Source: Spirochaetia bacterium
GTDB lineage: Bacteria > Spirochaetota > Spirochaetia > SZUA-6 > Bin103
Length of the DNA stretch: 64,000 nucleotides
Assembly: GCA_965199955.1 (NCBI GenBank)
Contig: CBDATQ010000001.1
Coordinates: forward strand, 1,408,001-1,472,000
Direction of reading: 5' to 3'
Shown here piece by piece: positions 26,365 through 36,078 of this stretch. Numbering within the stretch: position 1 is the stretch's first letter; every line of letters starts with the position of its first letter. The notes beneath the pieces were generated by a model. It did not search any database. It saw only the letters and a program-made list of their open reading frames with translations, and was not told the origin of the DNA. Made by a program: the position numbers and the translations under genes.

Positions 26365-28599
26365 ACGCTACCGTGCGTTCCGCCGGGAAGCGCAGGGTGT
26401 AGCTGCCGCCCGCCCTGGTCTGCAGCTCCTGCACGGTGCTGCCGTAGCGAACGCGGCACCGGCCGCCGCGGTCCGCGCGAACCAACGCTTCGGCGAGTGC
26501 GCCGCCGCGCCAGCGGGCATCCACGGAAAAGGCGCCGCGCGCGCGAAAGCCGCGGAAGGAGCCGTCGGCCCACGCGGACGGCAACGCGGGCAGCAGGTGG
26601 ATGACGCCGGCGTGGCTCTGCAGGAGCATCTCCGTGATCGCGGCGGCGACGCCCATCATGTCGCCGACCTGCACCTGGCCGTGGGCGTCCACGAACAGGT
26701 TCGGATAGAGCTTGCGGGCGAACGACCGCTCAATCAGCTCCAGAGCGCGATCGCCCAGGCGGAGCCGGGCCAGGATCGCGGCGATCCAGCCCAGGCTCCA
26801 GCCCTGCGCGTCGTAATCGTGGCGCAGCCGGTGCTCGACCGAGCGCTGCGCCGCCCGAGCCAGCTCGGGATCGCGGTCGGGCTGCACCCGGTAGCCGGGC
26901 ATCAACCCGTACAGGTGGGAGACGTGGCGGTGGCCGGGCTCCGCCTCCGCCGGTTCGTGGCGCCACTCGCGGAGCCGGCCGTCGCTGCCGATCGCCGGCA
27001 GCGCCAGCCGGTCGCGCGCCGCGCGGACTTGGCGCAGCAGGCCGTCGTCGATCTCCAGGATTTCGGCTGCCTCGATGAAGCCGTCGAACGTGTGCCAGAT
27101 GATCTCCTGGTCGCACGCGCACCCCATCGACAGGCTGCAGGCGCGGCCGTTCGCGTCCAGGAATCGATTCTCCGGCGACGCGCCGGGCCCGGAAACCAGC
27201 GTGCCGTCGTCCGGGTCCACCGCCAGCCAGTCGAGCAGGAACAGCGTGCAATCCCGGAGCACGGGATAGGCGCGTTCCGACAGGAACGCCCGGTCCCGCG
27301 TATAGCGGTAGTGGTCGATCATGTGCTGGGCACACCACGCGGCGCCCATCAGCCACATCCCCCAGAGCGGTTCCCCGTACACCGCCGCGTACCCCCACGC
27401 GTCGGTGTCGACGCCGGCGAAGAACCCCCGGCATCCCAGCTCCCGCGCCGCCCGTCCGCCGGCCACTCGCAGGCGTTCGGTGAGGTGGAACAGCGGCTCG
27501 TGGCACTCCGGCAGAGCCAGCGGCTCGGCGAGCCAGTAGGCCTCCTGGAGATTGACGTTGATGTGGTAGTCCGAGTGCCACGGCGCGCGCAGCAGCGGGT
27601 TCCACACCCCCTGCAGGTTGGCCGGCAGCGTGCCGGGCCGGGACGCGGCGATGAACAGGTAGCGGCAGTAGTGGAAGTAGAGCAGCAGCAGCCCGGGGTC
27701 TGCCACGCCGGCTGCCGCGGCGCTCACGCGCGCGTCCGTGGCCCGGTCCCCGCCCGCGTCGACCGCAAGCTGCAGGTCCACCCGGCCGAACAGGCGTCCG
27801 TGGTCCGATTCGTGATGCTCGCGCAGCTCCTCATACGGCCGGCCGGCTGCGTCGTCGAGCCGCTGCCGGCACGCGGCCGTCAGGTCGCCGGGCAGCGGGC
27901 GCGAAGGGTCATCGAACCGATAGTCCGTGGCGATGGCCACCAGGACGGTCACGGAACGTGCGCCCCGGACCCGCAGCGACTCGGGCGCATCGACCGGGCC
28001 GTCATCACCAGCTCCGCGCCGGACCGGAGGTCGGTGACGCCGCCCGCGCCGCCCGGGTGCTGCAGTGCGAACGAAGCGCCGACGCGCGGCTCATCGGCAT
28101 CGAGGCGCAGAACCACGATGTCGTCGGCGGCCGAAACGAACGCCTCGCGGCGATGGCGGACGCCTGCGCACCGGTACTCCACCGTGGCGACCGCGGTGCG
28201 CAGGTCGAGCCGCCGGCGGTAGTCGTGCACGGCTGCCTGCCCGTGTCCGAGCTCCATCGACAGGTAGCCGGCCGGCTGGTAGCTGCGCGGCGAGATGCGC
28301 GGGGCAAGGAGATGGCGCTGGCAGTAGCGTTCCGCATCGAAGTGGCGGCCGGCGGACAGCAGGCGCCGGATCTCCGCGACGTGACGCCGCGCGTGCGGCT
28401 GCATGACCGGCACCGGCGGCCCGGCCCAGATCGTCTTTTCGTTGAGCAGCACCTGATCACGCCCGATGCCGCCATAGATCATGGCGCCCAGGCGGCCGTT
28501 GCCGAGCGGCAGGGCGGCGCTCCAGCCGCGCGCGGGCCGATCCCGGTCGGAGACCGGCCGGTCCAGGGCCGCCGGAGCGTTGTACCAGAGGTCGTGCAC
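26348..28599 (-). pseudogene. GH95 alpha-L-fucosidase-like gene split into two ORFs (28599-27949 and 27952-26348)
   Basis: N-part: ALPLGNGRLGAM, LNEKTIWAG, YQPAG. C-part: PANLQGVWN, DYHINVN, SPEN, HRHVSHL, EMLLQSH. Frame switch near 27990 (ELVMT | DGPVDAPESLRVRGARSVTVL). Confidence 0.8.
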
Positions 28600-28628
28600 G
28601 GAGTCGGAGGCTCGCGGTGGTGCGCGGA

Positions 28629-29549
28629 TTACGCCTTGATGTGGCCGACCAGCAGTCCCTTCACGAAGTAGCGCTGCAGGAACGGGTAGGCGACGGTGAT
28701 CGGAAACACGGTGACCACGATCGTGGCGTACTTCATCGATTCCATGGTCACCAGCATCTCGGAGGTGATCATCTCCGCGCCGGGTTGGATGCTCTGCGAC
28801 TGGGCGGAGGCCACCCGGTAGAACGCCTCCAGGCTCGACATGGTCTTGATCAGGATCGTCGGCACCGTCCACCACTTCTGGTTGAACACGAAGTACGCGG
28901 ATGCGAACCAGTCGTTCCAGTGCAACACGCCCACGAACAGGGCGATCGTCGCCAGCACAGGCCTGGACAGCGGCAGCATGATGCTCACGAAGATGCGGAA
29001 GTCGCCGGCGCCGTCGACCTTCGCCGAGTCCTCCAGCGACTGGGGCAGCTCCCGGAAGAACGCCATGAACAGGAGCGCGTGATAGTAGGCGAACAGCTCG
29101 GGAACGATGTAGACCCAGAACGTGTTGAGAAGGCCTATCGCGCGGTACAGCAAGTAGGTCGGGATCAGTCCGCCCGAGAAAAAGAGCGTGACCAGGCCGA
29201 TCATCGAGTAGGTCTTGCGAAAGACGAGGTGCCTCTTGGAGAGCCCGTAGGCGACCATGGACGTGAAGAACACGGCGGTCACCGTGCCCACCGCCGTGCG
29301 CAGGATCGTCACCAGGAACGCGGTGCCGATGAGGGGATCGCCCAGCACGACGCGGTAGTTGGTCAGCGTAGGGCGGCGCGGGAACAGGAACAGCCCGCCC
29401 TTGGCCGAGTCGATCCCCTCGTTGAGGGAGCGCAGGATGACGTAGTAGAAGGGGTAGAGGGTGACGATGAGCACGATCAGCGCCAACGCGACCACGACCA
29501 TGTTGATGACGCGGTCCTCCCTCGACTGGGCCATGCGCGCGAGCGCCAT
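28629..29549 (-). CDS. Carbohydrate ABC permease (LplC-like)
   Basis: FSGGLIPTY, EDSAKVDGAG, YPFLQRYFVKG. Confidence 0.93.
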   Translation of the reverse strand: MALARMAQSREDRVINMVVVALALIVLIVTLYPFYYVILRSLNEGIDSAKGGLFLFPRRPTLTNYRVVLGDPLIGTAFLVTILRTAVGTVTAVFFTSMVAYGLSKRHLVFRKTYSMIGLVTLFFSGGLIPTYLLYRAIGLLNTFWVYIVPELFAYYHALLFMAFFRELPQSLEDSAKVDGAGDFRIFVSIMLPLSRPVLATIALFVGVLHWNDWFASAYFVFNQKWWTVPTILIKTMSSLEAFYRVASAQSQSIQPGAEMITSEMLVTMESMKYATIVVTVFPITVAYPFLQRYFVKGLLVGHIKA

Positions 29550-30499
29550 CAGAACAGGCTCCTGCCGCTGATCCGGCCCGACAGCCAGTTGGTGATGACC
29601 ACCAGGATCATCGCCAGCAGCGACTGCATCAGTCCGACCGAGGTGGCGAACGAGTAACGGCCGAGCTCCAGGCCCATTTCCAGGATGTAGTACTCCAGAA
29701 CGTACGAGGTCTCGCGCGTGAACAGGTTGCCGAGCAGGTACGACGTGTCCAGGCCGGCGCGCACCAGCCCTCCCATGCTCAGGATCAGCAGCACCGCGAT
29801 GAGGCCGGTCATGTTCGGCAGGGTGATCCGCCACGCGCGCCGCAGCCGTCCCGCGCCATCGATGGTCGCCGCCTCGTAGAGCTGCTCGTCGATGCCGGCG
29901 ATCGCCGCCAAGTAGAGGATGGCGCTCCAGCCCATGCTCTTCCAGACGTTCACCATCGTCGCCAGCAGCCGCCAGTACTCGGGTTTCGTCCAGAACAGCA
30001 CCGGTTCGTCGACCAGGCCGACGGCAACCAGCACGTCGTTGACGATGCCGCGGCGGTCGAGCAGCAGGATGAACAGGTAGGCGGTGACCACGTAGGAGAT
30101 GAAGTGCGGCAGGTAACTGGTGGTCTGCACCACCCGCTTGAATCCGGTGCGGGGGATCTCGTTGATCAGCAGCGCCAGCAGGATGGGTGCCGGGAAGCCG
30201 AACACCAACCCGTAGAGGCTGAGCAGCACGGTGTTCCGGAACGCGGGATAGAACTCCGGATCGGTGAGCGCCCAGGTGAAGTGCTTGAGTCCCACGAACG
30301 GGCTGGCGAAGTAGCCCATGAGGATCTTGAAGTCCTGGAAGGCGATGATCAGGCTGATCATCGGCAGATAGGCGAAGATGAGGAGGAACAGCACCCCCGG
30401 CAGGGTCATGAGCTGCAACTGGAGCTGTCCCCTGAACCGCCGCATCAGCGGTACGCGCACGATCGGCGCCGCGCGGCCGATTGCCGCCCTGTCCGCCAT
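29549..30499 (-). CDS. Carbohydrate ABC permease (LplB-like)
   Basis: QTTSYLPHFISYV, GWSAILYLAAI, LYEAATIDGA. Confidence 0.93.
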   Translation of the reverse strand: MADRAAIGRAAPIVRVPLMRRFRGQLQLQLMTLPGVLFLLIFAYLPMISLIIAFQDFKILMGYFASPFVGLKHFTWALTDPEFYPAFRNTVLLSLYGLVFGFPAPILLALLINEIPRTGFKRVVQTTSYLPHFISYVVTAYLFILLLDRRGIVNDVLVAVGLVDEPVLFWTKPEYWRLLATMVNVWKSMGWSAILYLAAIAGIDEQLYEAATIDGAGRLRRAWRITLPNMTGLIAVLLILSMGGLVRAGLDTSYLLGNLFTRETSYVLEYYILEMGLELGRYSFATSVGLMQSLLAMILVVITNWLSGRISGRSLF

Positions 30500-30503
30500 G
30501 GGC

Positions 30504-32066
30504 TCAGTCACGCCCCTTGCGCACATAGGGGGCGGTCGGCGTGATCCGTTCGGTGAAGTGATCCTCGCCGCTGTCGATGCCGTCCAGATCCCACGCGTCC
30601 AGGTGACGCAGCGTCACCACGTGCTTGGAGTCGATGGGCGCGCCGCGCACGAAGAAGTGATACGCCAACCGGTCGGGGTCCGGCGGGTAGATGCGGTTGG
30701 CCATCGGCACGCCGTCGCCGGCGAACACCTCCAGTACCGACGCGTCCACGAACACCCGCAGCCGCACCTCCGCGCCGGCTTCGATTCCCGCCGGCGCGGT
30801 GTACTCGTTGTCCGGCGTGAGCATGCGGAGCTGTCCGTCGGCGGTGGAGTAGGTCACCTCGCAGGCGAACGGTCCGTCGGCGATGCGCAGGCCGCAGGAG
30901 AAGTCCTTGTACTCGATATCGTCCGGCGAGCCCGGATCCACGGCCAGCGCGATCTCCACCGACGAGCCCAGGACGCCGAGCTCGCAGACCTCGCCGACAG
31001 CGAACGTGCGGTCGGCCCATCGGCGGTGGTTGCGGCGCAGCGCGGCGATCTCGCCGGCGGGCACGACGTCGAACGTGCCCTGCCGGTTGGGGATGAATTG
31101 CCGCGGCACCGTGAACACGCCGGACCAGCGGATGTCCGGGTCTTGCGTGCGCCGCTGCTTGTCCGGGATCCAGCCCCACATGAACAGCCGCCCCGCGTCG
31201 TCGCGGGTCAGGACCGAGACCAGGAAGTTGTGGCCGTGGTCGGCGAAGCCGCGCCGCTCCTCGATGAAGCGGCCGTCCCGGATCGTGCCGACCATGTACT
31301 GGCGGTGGGCAAGGTTGCTGAGCAGGTGCCGGCCGTCGTCGAGGGGCCACACGCACGGACACTCGTAGTAGATGCCTTCCCGCTCGGCGTCGTCGGCCGA
31401 CCAGAGGATGCCGCGGTAGCGCCACTCGCAGAGGTCGGACGAATCGAACAGCAGCACCAGGGATCCGGCCTTGTGCCGGCGCCCGGAGCCGACGGCCATG
31501 AAAAAGCCGTCGCGGTCGCGCCATACCCACGGATCGCGCATGCCCATCAGGTGCTCGTCGGCGCGCTCCGTATCGTAGGGGATGCCCAGGTCTTCATGGT
31601 CGGGCGGGAGGGTGGCGACGGGGTTGGCGTGGTGCGCCCGGAAGCCCTGCAGGTCCTCCCCGTCGCTGACCGCCAGGTACACGTCGCGGTTCTCGATCGT
31701 GTAGAAGGCGTACACCTTGCCCTCGTGCGCAATCAGGTTGCCGGACCAGAGGTGGCGGTCCGCGGCGACGCCGTGCTCGGGGGAGGTGAGCGCGGGCGGA
31801 TAGTGCGTCCAGGTGACCAGGTCGGCGCTGGCCACGTGGCCCCATTGGCAGGGGCCGTGCATGGCCCGGAAGTCGGGCGAGTAGCTGTGCTGGTAGGTCA
31901 CGTGGTAGCGGCCGCCGGCGAAGACGGGGTGCGTGTCTCCGGCGGCGCCGAAGGGTGCCGCCAGGTGGTAGCGAGGGTACCAGCGATCGGCCCGCACCTC
32001 CCGGCGCAACGCGTCCACGGTGCGGCGGTACGCCGTCAGCCCCTCTGTCGCCGCCGCGTTGCCCAT
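30504..32066 (-). CDS. GH32-like five-bladed beta-propeller hydrolase
   Basis: PRYHL...GDTHP, WGHVASADLVTW, WSG, RDP, YECP; C-terminal VFVDASVLEVF. Confidence 0.85.
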   Translation of the reverse strand: MGNAAATEGLTAYRRTVDALRREVRADRWYPRYHLAAPFGAAGDTHPVFAGGRYHVTYQHSYSPDFRAMHGPCQWGHVASADLVTWTHYPPALTSPEHGVAADRHLWSGNLIAHEGKVYAFYTIENRDVYLAVSDGEDLQGFRAHHANPVATLPPDHEDLGIPYDTERADEHLMGMRDPWVWRDRDGFFMAVGSGRRHKAGSLVLLFDSSDLCEWRYRGILWSADDAEREGIYYECPCVWPLDDGRHLLSNLAHRQYMVGTIRDGRFIEERRGFADHGHNFLVSVLTRDDAGRLFMWGWIPDKQRRTQDPDIRWSGVFTVPRQFIPNRQGTFDVVPAGEIAALRRNHRRWADRTFAVGEVCELGVLGSSVEIALAVDPGSPDDIEYKDFSCGLRIADGPFACEVTYSTADGQLRMLTPDNEYTAPAGIEAGAEVRLRVFVDASVLEVFAGDGVPMANRIYPPDPDRLAYHFFVRGAPIDSKHVVTLRHLDAWDLDGIDSGEDHFTERITPTAPYVRKGRD

Positions 32067-32139
32067 CGACAAGCCATCGTGTTCCAATTCGTCGATGAGG
32101 ACAACATCCCGCTACTCCGGCGCGGCAGGAGCCTGACGC

Positions 32140-34107
32140 ATGCTGCTTGAGAACGACATGCTGCGCGTGCAGCTCCACGACGGCATACCGGTCGTCGCGT
32201 CGTACACGCACCTTCCCACAGACCAGACGCTGCTCGGCGACCCGGGCGCGACGCCACTGACGATCAACGGCGACGCGGTCGCATGGAGTGAGCTGACCGT
32301 CGATCACTCCGCAACGGCGACCTCCGCGGCGTTCCACGTGTCCTACGGCGACATCTCGTTCGACTACCGGCTCGACCTGGAGGCCGATTGCCTGCGGCTG
32401 CGCATCGACGGCATCTCCGGGCCGCTCGCCACGCTCGGCTTCGGCGGCTCGCCGCTGCTGCAGGTGAGCGACCCGGAGTACCGGTACGCCCGCATCTCGT
32501 TCGAGGAGGACAGGGAAATCGCCAAGAAGTGGTGGCGGGAGCACTTCGGCGCGGTCGGCGGCGACAGCGACGCGTGCGACGTGATGCACGGCTGCGTCTG
32601 CCACCCCGACCGGCTGTGCGCCTTCGTGCACAGCAACTTCCCGCTGCTGCCGGCGCGCCATGCCAACGGTCCCGGCGGCTACTCGGTCGCCCTCAACGAC
32701 TACCGCTACCGGCTGCGTTCGCGGACGATGTGGCCGCTCGACGTGAAGGTGGTGTTCCTGCAGGACTACAACGGCGACGGCATCATGGACTGGAGCGACT
32801 GGGCGCTCTGGGTCAACCGCTCCCTGCCGGACGCCGACGAGCTGTACCGCACGACCATTTCCTACAAGATCTTCCTGACGCTCAAGAACGACCAGGTGTT
32901 CACCACCTACCCGCAGATGATGGAAATCGTGCGCGCCATCCACAACGTCGCTGACGGCATCCCCCAGCTCATCTACCTGGTCGGCTGGCAGAACCAGGGC
33001 CACGACGACAACTATCCGACCATGGACCGGATCAACCCGCGGCCCGGCGGCAGGCACCGTCTGCTGCGGGCCATCGACGAGTGCGAGCGGGACTACGACA
33101 CGACCGTCAGCTATCACATCAACATCGACGACGCCTATCCCGAAAGCCCGGACTGGGACCCGTCGTACATGTCCGCCGAGAGCGGCAAGCCATGCGGCGT
33201 CGTGCACACACTGGACTGGGAGCTCGGCCACTTCCGGCGGCGCATGGAAGGGATGCTGCGCATGGTGCCCGTGCCCCGGACCCTGCACGTCGACAACACC
33301 CGCATCTGCAACACGGCCGCCCGCGATTTCGACGGCATCGGCGAGCTGGAGGAGCTGTACTGCGGGCTGTTGCCCATGGCGGAGTGGCTCAAGGAGAAGG
33401 GCATCAGCCTCACCACCGAAGGCACGAACGGCATGCCCATCGACGGGACGCTGCTGTTCTCCGGGTGGTTCCACTACGACTGCGGGCTCATCGGCCGGCA
33501 GATGCTGCACCGCAAGATCGTCGGCGGCGGCGCCGGCCGCCACTTCGGCGAGCTGTACGCGCGCGACTACGCACTCGGCTCCAACATCCACGTCGACTTC
33601 GCCTACGGGCGCCGCGACGTCGTGGTCAGTTATCTGGAGGACTGGCGCGGCATGGTCGACCGGATCTACCTGGGCTCGCTCCTCTATCTCTACTTCCTGG
33701 AGCGCGAGATGGTGGTGTGCCGCGGCACCTGGCCGGACGACATCCACATGGAGTACGACGACGGCACCGTCGTGGACATCACCTCCCAGTACACCATGAC
33801 CGTCAAGCGCGGTGACATGGTGATCGCCAAGGACAACGACACGCGCTGCGTCCCGCTGGGAGACGCGCTGTACCTCTACTCACCGGTCGGCGACCGGCAG
33901 AGCTTCGTCCTGCCGCCGGAATTGCACGGCAAGCCGTTGCGGATCGTCATGCTGTCGCGGGACGGCGTCGAGGAGCACGATTTCGCGCTGCCGGCCGACG
34001 CCCACTACCACGTTAAGCACGACCGCATCGACTTCCACTGGATGGCGACCTACGTGCCGTACAAGGTGACTCTGGCGGAGCCGGCGGCCGACCCCGCGCA
34101 GGACTGA
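32140..34107 (+). CDS. GH101-like (endo-alpha-N-acetylgalactosaminidase family) protein, copy A
   Basis: DYNGDGIMDWSD, YLVGWQNQGHDDNYP, SYHINIDDAY, LHVDN (putative nucleophile), TTEG (putative acid/base). Confidence 0.72.
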   Translation: MLLENDMLRVQLHDGIPVVASYTHLPTDQTLLGDPGATPLTINGDAVAWSELTVDHSATATSAAFHVSYGDISFDYRLDLEADCLRLRIDGISGPLATLGFGGSPLLQVSDPEYRYARISFEEDREIAKKWWREHFGAVGGDSDACDVMHGCVCHPDRLCAFVHSNFPLLPARHANGPGGYSVALNDYRYRLRSRTMWPLDVKVVFLQDYNGDGIMDWSDWALWVNRSLPDADELYRTTISYKIFLTLKNDQVFTTYPQMMEIVRAIHNVADGIPQLIYLVGWQNQGHDDNYPTMDRINPRPGGRHRLLRAIDECERDYDTTVSYHINIDDAYPESPDWDPSYMSAESGKPCGVVHTLDWELGHFRRRMEGMLRMVPVPRTLHVDNTRICNTAARDFDGIGELEELYCGLLPMAEWLKEKGISLTTEGTNGMPIDGTLLFSGWFHYDCGLIGRQMLHRKIVGGGAGRHFGELYARDYALGSNIHVDFAYGRRDVVVSYLEDWRGMVDRIYLGSLLYLYFLEREMVVCRGTWPDDIHMEYDDGTVVDITSQYTMTVKRGDMVIAKDNDTRCVPLGDALYLYSPVGDRQSFVLPPELHGKPLRIVMLSRDGVEEHDFALPADAHYHVKHDRIDFHWMATYVPYKVTLAEPAADPAQD

Positions 34108-34110
34108 CGC

Positions 34111-36078
34111 ATGCTGCTCGAGAACGAAACGCTGCGCGTGCAACTCCATGACGGGATTCCCGCCGTCGCGTCGTACACCCATCTCGCCACCGGCCAAGCG
34201 CTGCTCGGGGATCCGGACGCGACGCCGCTCGTGATCAACGGCGCCGCGGTCGCGTGGAGCGATCTGACCATCGATCGATCCGCAACGGCGACGGCGGCGG
34301 CATTCCACGTCACGTACGGCGACATCTCGTTCGACTGCCGGTTCGAGCTGGAGCCGGACTGCCTGCGCCTGCGCCTCGACGGTGTCTCCGGGCCGCTCGA
34401 GACGCTCGGCTTCGGCGGCTCGCCGCTGCTGCAGGTGAGCGGCCGGGACTGGCGCTACGCCCGCATCGCTGTTTCCGAGCCAAGCGAGAATGGCAAGAAG
34501 TGGTGGCGCGAGCACTTCGGCTCGGTCGGCGGCGATCAGGCCGAGTGCGACGTGATACGTGGCTGCATCTACCATCCGGACCGGCTGTGCGCCTTCGTGC
34601 ACAGCAACTTCCCGCTGCTGCCGGAGCGCCATGCCAACGGCGCCGGCGGCTATTCGGTCGCCCTCAGCGACTACGGCTACCGGGTGCGCTCACGGACGAT
34701 GTTCCCGCTCGACGTGAAGGTCGTCTTCCTGCAGGACTACAACGGCGACGGAACCATCGACTGGAGCGACTGGGCGCTCTGGGTCAACCGCACCCTGCCG
34801 GACGCCGACGATCTGTATCGCTCGACGATCTCCTACAAGATCTTCGTTACCGTCAAGAACGACCAGGTGTTCACCACGTTCCCGCAGATGACGGAGATCG
34901 TCCGCGCCATCCACAACGTCGCCGACGGTATTCCTCAGCTCATCTACATGGCCGGCTGGCAATACCAGGGGCACGACGACCGTTACCCGTCGATCGACCA
35001 GGTCAATCCGCGCGCCGGCGGCGCGCACCGTCTGCTGCGGGCCATCGACGAGTGCGAGCGAAACTACGACACGACCGTCAGCTACCACATCAACATCGAC
35101 GACGCCTATCCCGACAGCCCGGACTGGGACCCGTCCTACATGACCGCCATGGACTGGGATCCGTCGGACGGCGGGCGTCCCTGCGGCGTCGTGCACACCT
35201 TGGATTGGGAGCTCGGGCACTTTCGCCGGCGCATGGAAGCGATGATGCGCACGGTGCCCGTGGCCCGCACCCTGCACGTCGACAACACCCGCATCTGCAA
35301 TACGGCAGGCCGCGGCTTCGGCGGCATCGGTGAGCTGGAGGAGCTCTACTGCGGGTTGCTGCCCATGGCGGAGTGGTTGAAGGAGAGGGGGATCAGCCTC
35401 ACCACCGAAGGGACGAACGGCATGCCGATCGACGGGACGCTGCTGTTTTCGGGGTGGTTCCACTACGACTGCGGGCTCATCGGCCGGCAGATGCTGCACC
35501 GCAAGATGGTCGGCGGCGGCCCCGGCCGCCACTTCGGCGAGCTGTACGCGCGCGACTACGGGATCGGCTCGAACATCCACGTCGACTTCTCGTACGCGCG
35601 CCGCGAGTTCGAGGTCAGTTACCTGGAGGACTGGCGCGGCATCGTCGACCGGATCTACCTGGGCACGCTGCTCTACCTCTATTTCCTGGAGCGCGAGATG
35701 GTGGTGGCCCGCGGCACGTGGCCGGACGACGTCCACATCGAGTACGACGACGGCACCGTCGTGGACATCACGTCCCGGCACACCATGACCGTCGTACGCG
35801 GCGACATGGTGATCGCCAGGGACAACGACACGCGCTGCATCCCGCTGGGAGACACCCTGTACCTCTACTCACCGGTCGGCGACCGGCAGAGCTTCGTCCT
35901 GCCGAGCGAGTGGCACGGCAAGCCGTTGCGGATCGTCATGCTGACCCGCGACGGTGTCGAGGAGCACGACGAGGCGCTGCCCGCCCGATGGAAGTACCGG
36001 GTCGAGCACGACCGCATCGACTTCCACTGGATGCCGCCGTACGTGCCCTACAAGGTGACGCTCGCAGATCAGGCTTGA
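34111..36078 (+). CDS. GH101-like protein, copy B (tandem paralogue)
   Basis: Colinear with copy A, same motifs, also 655 aa. Confidence 0.72.
   Translation: MLLENETLRVQLHDGIPAVASYTHLATGQALLGDPDATPLVINGAAVAWSDLTIDRSATATAAAFHVTYGDISFDCRFELEPDCLRLRLDGVSGPLETLGFGGSPLLQVSGRDWRYARIAVSEPSENGKKWWREHFGSVGGDQAECDVIRGCIYHPDRLCAFVHSNFPLLPERHANGAGGYSVALSDYGYRVRSRTMFPLDVKVVFLQDYNGDGTIDWSDWALWVNRTLPDADDLYRSTISYKIFVTVKNDQVFTTFPQMTEIVRAIHNVADGIPQLIYMAGWQYQGHDDRYPSIDQVNPRAGGAHRLLRAIDECERNYDTTVSYHINIDDAYPDSPDWDPSYMTAMDWDPSDGGRPCGVVHTLDWELGHFRRRMEAMMRTVPVARTLHVDNTRICNTAGRGFGGIGELEELYCGLLPMAEWLKERGISLTTEGTNGMPIDGTLLFSGWFHYDCGLIGRQMLHRKMVGGGPGRHFGELYARDYGIGSNIHVDFSYARREFEVSYLEDWRGIVDRIYLGTLLYLYFLEREMVVARGTWPDDVHIEYDDGTVVDITSRHTMTVVRGDMVIARDNDTRCIPLGDTLYLYSPVGDRQSFVLPSEWHGKPLRIVMLTRDGVEEHDEALPARWKYRVEHDRIDFHWMPPYVPYKVTLADQA

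Noticed and set aside
32140..36078. GH101 or GNAT duplicates as template/variable repeats of a diversity-generating retroelement
   Set aside because: Whole-gene duplications, differences not adenine-specific by eye, and no reverse transcriptase in the window.
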